NCBI GenBank assembly: GCA_965219455.1 | Contig: OZ244744.1 | Location: forward strand, 3,067,907-3,131,906 | From: Candidatus Latescibacterota bacterium | GTDB lineage: Bacteria > Latescibacterota > UBA2968 > GCA-2709665 | DNA: 64,000 nt | Reading direction: 5' to 3' | Shown: positions 54,825-62,302 of the stretch, piece after piece | Numbering within the stretch: the first letter of the stretch is position 1 | Layout: every line of letters begins with the position of its first letter | Position numbers and translations under genes: made by a program | The notes under the pieces: model-generated | Database searches by the model: none | Told to the model about the DNA's origin: nothing | Seen by the model: the letters and a program-made list of their open reading frames with translations, nothing else

Positions 54825-55094
54825 TCAGCTGTTATCGTCCGCAGCGATGGCGGTGAAGGCTAGGTGTTCGGTCAACAGAACTTTGTCGTCGTTTCCGATC
54901 ACCTTGCTCGATCCGTTCGGCAGTTGGACCTGCAGCACGAAGTTCAGCTGAATGTTGACATCCTGCTTGATGGCGGCCTCCTTAATCTCAAGTCCCGTCG
55001 CTGGTCCGGCAGGCATCGCGACCTTGTGGTCGTTGACTTCAATGGTAACGGTCTTGAGGCGAATGTCCTCTACCACAGCGTCTTTAGCTGTCAT
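54825..55094 (-). CDS. Ubiquitin-like beta-grasp protein (Multiubiquitin-family-like, single domain)
   Basis: ATG 55094 with AAGGAGAG upstream. TVTIEVNDHKVAMPAGPATGLEIKEAAIKQDVNIQLNFVLQVQLPNGSSKVIGNDDKVLLTEHLAFTAIAADDNS. First gene of the E2/E1 operon. Confidence 0.55.
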   Translation of the reverse strand: MTAKDAVVEDIRLKTVTIEVNDHKVAMPAGPATGLEIKEAAIKQDVNIQLNFVLQVQLPNGSSKVIGNDDKVLLTEHLAFTAIAADDNS

Positions 55095-55161
55095 TTCTCT
55101 CTCCTTATGAAGATGGGTGTATGTTTGTAATAGAAATATAATCATTGCTCATTTGAAAGTC

Positions 55162-55179
55162 AATTGCTTTTTAGCAATT
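55162..55179. promoter_or_regulatory. Candidate operator palindrome upstream of the Ubl operon
   Basis: AATTGCT-TTTT-AGCAATT (7-bp arms), 68-85 nt upstream of the Ubl ATG, in an AT-rich 230-bp intergenic region. A further ATTGCT half-site lies at 55144-55149. Confidence 0.25.
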
Positions 55180-55379
55180 TTTTCCGGTGATGAAAATCAG
55201 CCATGTAGATGTTCACTTACCATACCACGGCCTTGAGGGTTTGCAGCGCCCAACCTGACGGATCAACCCTACGTGTCAATTAAGTATTAGACGACTTCCC
55301 GTGAGAGTTTGTTGTCGAATATTGGGCGTACTCCCATTTAGCCAGAATCCCGATCTCGGCCATCAGCGCGCGACCGCAC

Positions 55380-56258
55380 CTACCCCTTTGCTTCCATGAA
55401 CGCCTCGTACAACGCCAGGGGCTGCGCCATCGATTCATCGATTTCGGTGACGGCGAACCTTACCTCCACGGTCCGTTCATCGCCAACGCGGAAATCGTCC
55501 CCGAACAGCGAGAGGTAGAGGGGGTTCTGATCCCTGAACGGATCCTTCATGTTCTCACTCTCGTACCCGCTGATCACCGCGTAACAATCCTGGGGCCTGG
55601 ACATCAGTACGCCCGCAATGCCCTTTTCCAGGTTCGCGCTCATGATCACCGGCAATTCAAAATACCGTTGCGGATTCCACTGGTAGAGGCCCCAGATTCG
55701 GTCCCATCGCCCGTCGGTGGACCGCCGGGCCGCGTGTTGATCCCTCGAGAATACCAGTCCCGTTCCCACAAATACGTCGTTCACTGCCGGCGCTATCCAT
55801 CGCGCCTGGTCTGCCGGGATATCGAACGGACTGCCCTGAACGTACACGTACGGCCGCAGCGACAGATCGAAATAGTTCGACAGGAACACTTCATAAGCCG
55901 GGTACGGCCAGTTGGACGCCACGGTTATCGACAGATCCACCGCGTTCGGTTCCACAACTTCGTACCTGGCCGTCATCTCCGCCTTGTGATCGTCCGTTGG
56001 CGCCCAGTGCACGTCGATCGCATTGCCGTCGGATGTAATGGTGCGCTCGTTCTCACGAGCCTGCCCCATACAGTGATTCTGTGAAAACATGAAAAACAGA
56101 TTCAGGAGGTCGTACTTCGGATGCACCACCTGCTCCCCGGTGGGCTTATGGGTCAACGCCTTGATCCCATGCCGGTCCCCGTCCGGCTGTATGTGTCCCG
56201 TCATCTCCTCAGTCTCAAAGTGCCACACGTCCCGTTCGGCATCGTGTCTCAACGCCAT
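55380..56258 (-). CDS. Hypothetical protein
   Basis: 292-aa ORF with coding-like composition, upstream of and co-oriented with the glycoside-hydrolase-like gene. No family recognised. Confidence 0.5.
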   Translation of the reverse strand: MALRHDAERDVWHFETEEMTGHIQPDGDRHGIKALTHKPTGEQVVHPKYDLLNLFFMFSQNHCMGQARENERTITSDGNAIDVHWAPTDDHKAEMTARYEVVEPNAVDLSITVASNWPYPAYEVFLSNYFDLSLRPYVYVQGSPFDIPADQARWIAPAVNDVFVGTGLVFSRDQHAARRSTDGRWDRIWGLYQWNPQRYFELPVIMSANLEKGIAGVLMSRPQDCYAVISGYESENMKDPFRDQNPLYLSLFGDDFRVGDERTVEVRFAVTEIDESMAQPLALYEAFMEAKG

Positions 56259-56310
56259 CTCTCAGCCTCCTGTTTGGATGGGCAATCGCAATCTTCTTTC
56301 GTCCGCCGTC

Positions 56311-58845
56311 TCACCTGATTTCAAGACATCTCGAAAACCCATACGGATGCATCGGTAACAGCGCACCCGGCATCGGCGGTCTATCCTGGACAATCGTCTG
56401 CCTGGCGGGCGCCTCGTATCCCGTGATCCAGGCTTTTACCGTCAGTTCTTCGAGGTCGTCGCCCGTAATATCCACCGTTACGGACGACCATCCGCTGTCG
56501 TGAATGGCGAAGAGATAGTCATCTCTTTCTCTGGGACCCACGGGAGGCAGAAACCTGGACGTGCCGTGGTCGCTGCGATCCTGCCGGTGGATGCGTTGGG
56601 TCACGTACGAGTAACGAGCGGGCACACCCCGGTACCGCGATCCGCCGGCGCGGACGTCCACGCTGTCCAGCACCTTCTCCGGCCCGGTCAGGACAACCTG
56701 CAGTTCGGGGTGCTCGAACCGGTGGGAAACCGCAACGTACCATTGCATCCTGTGCATCCCGTCGTTCAGGTCGTCGCACGTTGCCTCGGCGGAGAGACCG
56801 GGAATCTGCATATCCGGATGCACCACCGGCCCCACGTCGTCCGTGAGTCGCCGGTCCCCTGGAAACCGGTATTCACACCCGCCATCGCATAGCCGCGCCA
56901 TGAACGGCGCGCCGGGTATCGGAGAGACGTCCTCCTGCTTGTCGGCGAAGATCTTCAGCAGCCGTACTTCGTTCCCCAACACCGTCACCGACCCTTCCAG
57001 GTCCTGCCAGAAAGGATAAACCTGTCGGATGGCGCCCGGCACATATCCCAACCCGTAATCCACGCGAAGGTCCACAGCCTGCGGCTCGACGGACGGATTT
57101 CGCAGCATGAGCCACGCGCTTCCGTCCGACGGATGCAGGAAACCATAGACTTCGCCGAAGGCCGGACTCCCCAGCACCATTTGCGTTCCCTTCGTGCCCA
57201 GTTGGTCCGCGTTGAACCGCATCCAGTCCATCATTGACTGAAGCTGTTCCGCGCGATCGGCCCTCAAACTTTCGGGATTTATCGGCATCGGCATATAGGT
57301 GGTGCCACGGCAGGCCGCCAACACGAGGTTGTCCAGCCACGTATGGTCCGGGTCTGCAAACGCGTTGGTCAATGCCTGCACGAATTCGTGATTGTCGTAC
57401 GCGTCGAAAAAGATGGGCGTTTCCGCCCGGCGCATGATCTGATAGTAAACCGCGTCCCGATGCGTCAGGGCCCGGTCGCGCTGGGTGCGAGACGGCCACG
57501 ACGCATACTCACAATCTCCCGAATGCACCAGCCACGTGTGGTTCGCCAGGCACAACCACCACGGGCTCGGCCACCACCCGTTCCGTGTCACCAGGTCCGG
57601 ATTGATCGCCCGCAGCCGGCGGTCGATCCGATTGAACGCGTTTACCGAAGCCTCACGCATGTGCTCGGGTGTGGGGAAACGGTCCCGGAAATCGGGATGG
57701 GTGGCGCACTCGTTGTCCCAATCGATTTTCAAGTGCACGGCTCCCACGTCTCTCACCAGCCGCTCCCAGCGCTGAGCCAGGGCCTCTTCGAAGGACGGCT
57801 GCGCCATGACCACGAACGTTCCGCTTCCATAGGAGCCGGGACCCTCGCCGACCCGCCATCCCTGTTCCTGGATCCAATCGGTGTCAAAACCCACGGGGCC
57901 GTTGTGGGTCACCCACAATGCCAGCGAGAACCCCTTTTGTTTCAGGTCTTCGGAAAACGCGATAAGCCGTGAGTCATTCTCGTCGTCTCCCTTATGCCGG
58001 TAGATGGACTTCCGGTCGAACCACCCCGCGTCAAACGCCAGGGAATCCGGCTTCAGGCCTAGGTCCGATACCGCCTCTGCATAGGCCTGATTCATCTCGA
58101 ACGAGTCGATATACTCCCGGTTTCCGAGATACCGCACGGACCATCCGACGGAAAGATGGAAAATAGGCTTTGAAAGCCGGGGCAGGCGGATCTGCCACAG
58201 ATAGTCCATAAACGCGTCTCGCACGGTCTCGTGACTTTCTGCCGCGCCGTAGACCGCCGTGTAGCTCTCGATGCGTCGCTCTTTGTCCCATACAGGGTGG
58301 TGGATGAGTTCCAGCCTTTCTCCGGGAACGGCAAACCCCACCGGATGCTCCAGACCGGCGAACCAGTCACCGGCCCAGACCGGATACCCGCACCCCGGTA
58401 CCGGGGGGGCGTACGAGTCGAGCCCGGTCTGTTCTTCTGCGTCGGGCCCGCCGCGGACGCCGTATCCGACCCGCCGAATCGGCCGCGGAGGTTGGTCCTG
58501 TAGGTCCACCCAGAGCCGGTCCGGCGTCGGCGCGCTTGGACTGTCCGGCGCCTGAAGCTTCAATTGCTTCCTGAACCAGGGATTGTCTCCATCGATCCAG
58601 TACCGCACCCGGACCCGAATGCCGGTCGCTTCGTGCCGATAGTCGAACCCCACCTCATCCGTACCGGACTGCATACCGGTCCGGATAAAGCGGTCGGCAG
58701 GAATCTCCACGTCTCCCAGACGGATCATGAATGCCGGAAAGTCAAACGAGCGGCGCGTGCCCGAAAGCCGATTCTCCACCTGCAGATCCCCACCCTCCCA
58801 TTTCAGACAAAGGGCGCTGTTTTGTAGCATGCACTGATCGGTCAC
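56311..58845 (-). CDS. Putative glycoside hydrolase (clan GH-D, alpha-galactosidase/GH36-like TIM barrel)
   Basis: LAFDAGWFDRKSIYRHKGDDEND (compare DDGWF), GFSLALWVTHNG, VHLKIDWDNE (compare K-W-D-x-N nucleophile block). 844 aa. Confidence 0.45.
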   Translation of the reverse strand: MTDQCMLQNSALCLKWEGGDLQVENRLSGTRRSFDFPAFMIRLGDVEIPADRFIRTGMQSGTDEVGFDYRHEATGIRVRVRYWIDGDNPWFRKQLKLQAPDSPSAPTPDRLWVDLQDQPPRPIRRVGYGVRGGPDAEEQTGLDSYAPPVPGCGYPVWAGDWFAGLEHPVGFAVPGERLELIHHPVWDKERRIESYTAVYGAAESHETVRDAFMDYLWQIRLPRLSKPIFHLSVGWSVRYLGNREYIDSFEMNQAYAEAVSDLGLKPDSLAFDAGWFDRKSIYRHKGDDENDSRLIAFSEDLKQKGFSLALWVTHNGPVGFDTDWIQEQGWRVGEGPGSYGSGTFVVMAQPSFEEALAQRWERLVRDVGAVHLKIDWDNECATHPDFRDRFPTPEHMREASVNAFNRIDRRLRAINPDLVTRNGWWPSPWWLCLANHTWLVHSGDCEYASWPSRTQRDRALTHRDAVYYQIMRRAETPIFFDAYDNHEFVQALTNAFADPDHTWLDNLVLAACRGTTYMPMPINPESLRADRAEQLQSMMDWMRFNADQLGTKGTQMVLGSPAFGEVYGFLHPSDGSAWLMLRNPSVEPQAVDLRVDYGLGYVPGAIRQVYPFWQDLEGSVTVLGNEVRLLKIFADKQEDVSPIPGAPFMARLCDGGCEYRFPGDRRLTDDVGPVVHPDMQIPGLSAEATCDDLNDGMHRMQWYVAVSHRFEHPELQVVLTGPEKVLDSVDVRAGGSRYRGVPARYSYVTQRIHRQDRSDHGTSRFLPPVGPRERDDYLFAIHDSGWSSVTVDITGDDLEELTVKAWITGYEAPARQTIVQDRPPMPGALLPMHPYGFSRCLEIR

Positions 58846-59105
58846 GGAAATGCCTCCTCAATATGTCTATCAACGGGGAACCCTGTGGTCCCTGGGCCCC
58901 CTGAGCAACGCAGGCAGCGTGCATTTTAAGAAGCTCAATGACGGCGTTTCGACAAGCTCAACGAACGTCATTGAGCCCGCATCCTGAACTGTGGCACCTA
59001 TACCGTCCCGTGAGCCGCTCCCTGAGCTTTTACCCTGAGCCTGTCGAAAGGGGTGTCGAAGGGTCGGCGAAGGACTTTCTAAGGGCAACGAACGGTTGCA
59101 GTCAT

Positions 59106-61523
59106 TCACTTTCCGAGTCGTATGGTCTGCCCGGCGTCGACCGCCCGCTCCTCGCCCTCATCTTCACCGCTTGCGAATTCGACCATCAGGTTATCCGTAT
59201 CGTTATTCGTTAAATAGATTGCGCCATCGGGCACGGCATCCACCCGTATGTCGCCCTTTACGCGCAGCGTATGCGATACTCCAAGCATGCAGGCGCTCTC
59301 ACTGTTGAGCGGCACGTCATATCGTACAGTGTCTCCAGTCGCATCCACCGCGGCGCCGGCATAAACGTGGATTTCCTCCCGGCGGGTATGCGTAAACTGA
59401 CACACCCTGCGCTCGGTGTCGAAATTGGCTGCAGCCAGGTAGCCGTCCGCAACCACGCAGGCGCTCTGTTCCGGTCCGGTCAGGACGTTGAGGCGACTTG
59501 AAGCCGTGTCGTCGTGGGCCTGCTCGGGAATCAGCAACGCCGCCAGGGATCCGCCTTCCTCACCCGCCCGCAACGCCCTTTCTTTCCCCTGACGCGAGAG
59601 CGTGAGATCATCCGCGATGGCGCGATACGGTTTGTAATAGTGCCGATTGAGATAAACCGCGTCGCCCGTTCCCGAAAATACAATGCCCAGCCGGTCGTCA
59701 ATATTCAGCCAATCGGGCTTGACGATGCGATCCTCGATATCGTCCTCCTCGCGATCGCCGAGCCAGCCTCTGTAGTCGGTTGACCCGTCGGGGCGATACA
59801 GTGTGCGGACCCCTCTGCAGTTCGGCTTGAGTAACGGGAAATGTTCATTGGTGATCCGCAGGAACCCCTGGTCGAGCGATTCCACCGTCAGATCTTCCAT
59901 GGCGGTGAACCGCTCGAAGGACAGTGCCCGTCCATCCGGCAGACTGGCGAACAAAACCTGCTGCCGCAGTGACTCCTGGCACCGGTCCATGACCATCGCG
60001 GCGGCGAATCCGTCGTCATAGTCGGTCACCCGCACCCGCTTCAGTCGATGGCTGTCCGGCCGTCCCTTCACCACCGGCCTGCCCAGCCAGCTATCCGAAC
60101 AGGGCGCGATCGTATAGATTCCCTCTCTCGTGAGCGGCATCGCCATCACGGAATTCCGCCAGGAAAAGGAAGTCTGCCCTTTGGGATGCCGGTGATGGAC
60201 GAAACCCGCGTGCGGGTATTCCCGCACGCCTGCCAATCGCCGTTCCAGTTCATCTTCCGGGGTGGGTTTCGGGCCGGGACCGAACAAGCGGTGAAAAAGA
60301 TACTGGTGCGCGATGGCGCCGATGGTGACTTCCCGCATAATCATCGGATCCTGCTGGTCGTGCGCCCTCATGGAGAATTCCCTGTCGTACATCCGACCCC
60401 CGTTTCCATCCTGCCGCAGTTCCGTGTTCCGGAGTCCTCTGCGCAGCAGCGCGGCGGCGTCCGGGTCGTCAAAAAATACAGCCGCCGCGGAATGCGGGGT
60501 CTCGCTTCCCGTGGACGGCAGATAGTGCCAGTCCATCCCCTGCACGGCCTGGGCATATCCGGACCCGTCGGTCATCGCCTTAAGGTTCTCATACACCCTG
60601 CGGCGGTTCCAGAACACCTCCGGCGGCAGTTCCCGTCCCCACAGCTTCAATTGTGCTCCCGCCGAGGTGAGCGGCCGAACGCCCGACGCGGTGTAGTTCG
60701 GATGCACCATCCCGTGGTTTTCCGCCCAGTAATCCGGCAGCGCCGTAAACGTCTTTCCTGCAAGCGCCCCCGCCGTGGCGCCGTTCAACTTTCCGCGGTC
60801 CTTCGCGTCCTGGGGCGCCGCACAGGTGGAATACATCCACCGCCTGCACGTGGCCTCCCACTGAGCCGCACTTTCGTGGCGTTCCAGAAACAGGAAGCAC
60901 GACGTCAATCCGTTGGACGTCCAGGCATTCTCTTCCATCTGCGTGTCGACGTAGATCCCGCTCTTCGGCGCCATATCCCCGAACCTGCCGGCATAGTCCG
61001 CGTGGACACGAGCCATCATCATCCAGGTTTCATCGTCCACCCGGTCCCGCAGCAACAGGCAGACGCGCCCCATGGCCGAGATCCCGTGGCCGCACTGGCT
61101 TTCCTTGAAGAACCCCAGCCCTCGTTCCCCCCACTTGGTTCCGCAGATCTCCGGCCGGCCCATTCCCACGCTGGGCCGCACGCAATCCGCCGGCCCGGAG
61201 TCGTGTGTGAAACAAAGATAGCGCAATCCCATAATGGCCATGCGCTGAAGGTCGTCCCGGGATACGCCAACCCCTTTCTCATCGTACTCCGGCGAGACGC
61301 TGGCCAGGGCGAATGTCTCCACGGGCGGCGCCGTCTCGTTTCCGTACCAGTGGCACCCGCCGAAAAAATGCCCGCAATCCGGCCTGTCCGGCCATTCCTG
61401 AAAATACTCGATGCCCACCGGAATCCATTTCTCGATCATCCGCAGGTAGCGGCGGCTCAATTCATTCTCCTCCGCCGGCAAGAACGGCGCCTTCAATTCC
61501 GTAGTGTCTGTCATCTGCGTCAT
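59106..61523 (-). CDS. Large hypothetical protein (possible polysaccharide-active enzyme)
   Basis: 805-aa ORF lying between a GH-like gene and a heparinase-family gene. No motif recognised with confidence. Confidence 0.45.
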   Translation of the reverse strand: MTQMTDTTELKAPFLPAEENELSRRYLRMIEKWIPVGIEYFQEWPDRPDCGHFFGGCHWYGNETAPPVETFALASVSPEYDEKGVGVSRDDLQRMAIMGLRYLCFTHDSGPADCVRPSVGMGRPEICGTKWGERGLGFFKESQCGHGISAMGRVCLLLRDRVDDETWMMMARVHADYAGRFGDMAPKSGIYVDTQMEENAWTSNGLTSCFLFLERHESAAQWEATCRRWMYSTCAAPQDAKDRGKLNGATAGALAGKTFTALPDYWAENHGMVHPNYTASGVRPLTSAGAQLKLWGRELPPEVFWNRRRVYENLKAMTDGSGYAQAVQGMDWHYLPSTGSETPHSAAAVFFDDPDAAALLRRGLRNTELRQDGNGGRMYDREFSMRAHDQQDPMIMREVTIGAIAHQYLFHRLFGPGPKPTPEDELERRLAGVREYPHAGFVHHRHPKGQTSFSWRNSVMAMPLTREGIYTIAPCSDSWLGRPVVKGRPDSHRLKRVRVTDYDDGFAAAMVMDRCQESLRQQVLFASLPDGRALSFERFTAMEDLTVESLDQGFLRITNEHFPLLKPNCRGVRTLYRPDGSTDYRGWLGDREEDDIEDRIVKPDWLNIDDRLGIVFSGTGDAVYLNRHYYKPYRAIADDLTLSRQGKERALRAGEEGGSLAALLIPEQAHDDTASSRLNVLTGPEQSACVVADGYLAAANFDTERRVCQFTHTRREEIHVYAGAAVDATGDTVRYDVPLNSESACMLGVSHTLRVKGDIRVDAVPDGAIYLTNNDTDNLMVEFASGEDEGEERAVDAGQTIRLGK

Positions 61524-61537
61524 ATCATGTTCTCCTG

Positions 61538-62302
61538 GTTCTGGTCGGAAAATAAGCTATCAGCGGTCACATCACCCGCCCAACCCAACCCGTGGCAAGA
61601 CGGGAGACGGAAGAGGGTAGAAAAATCAAAGAGCGAAGAGCCGGTAGAGGGAAGAGGTCAGCTCAAACCGAAAATCAAAAGGCGGGACCTCTCCCCCCGA
61701 CCCCCTTCCTCTTGCAGCTTTTTTGAACTGCGTTCCGGGACGTTCATTTAATTCGGAGCGGCAAAGAATCTTCCCACCCCCGAACGTCCCCTATTCCCTT
61801 GCCCTTTTTCTTGCTTCGCCCAAGAAAAAGGGCGAAAAAGAAGGGCGCCGCTCGGCGCGGGGCCGGTTTTTCCGTGAACCACCTCAGGTGCACAAATGGG
61901 AATTTAGTGGCCTGCGAGCCTTACAGGAACGCCCGGCCTGTGGAGATGAACGGAATAACACGGAAAAACCCCCCACACCACCAGTTCCACGTGAAGTAAA
62001 CCGGCAAGGCCCGCCGCCTGGTTTTGCGGTTTTGGCTAACAACAGAACACTGTTCGCTGTCTTTCCCTCTGTGTCTTCGTGTCTCCGTGTGAGCCGAATC
62101 TCGTCGTTGCCGGCGTCCGCTGGATATATAGGTTTTCCACCCCCTTTCCTTTAGGAGAGGGGGCCGGGGGGAGAGGTCACCGCGCTGACGTCAATTGATT
62201 GGGTTTTTGATTCAAGCTGACGGCTAATGGCTGATAGCTGAAAGCTGTTTTTGCTGCTTCCGGTCGGCCGAATTTCGGCAATCTATTTCCGGGACAGAAC
62301 AC
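61538..62302 (+). repeat. Composite intergenic repeat array (family B, then family A) with TIR-like ends
   Basis: Degenerate left tip GGTTCTGGTCGGAAAATAAG at 61538. Family-B copy 61765..61985. Family-A copy 62140..62302 ending CGGCCGAATTTCGGCAATCTATTTCCGGGACAGAACAC. The left boundary is tentative. Confidence 0.4.
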
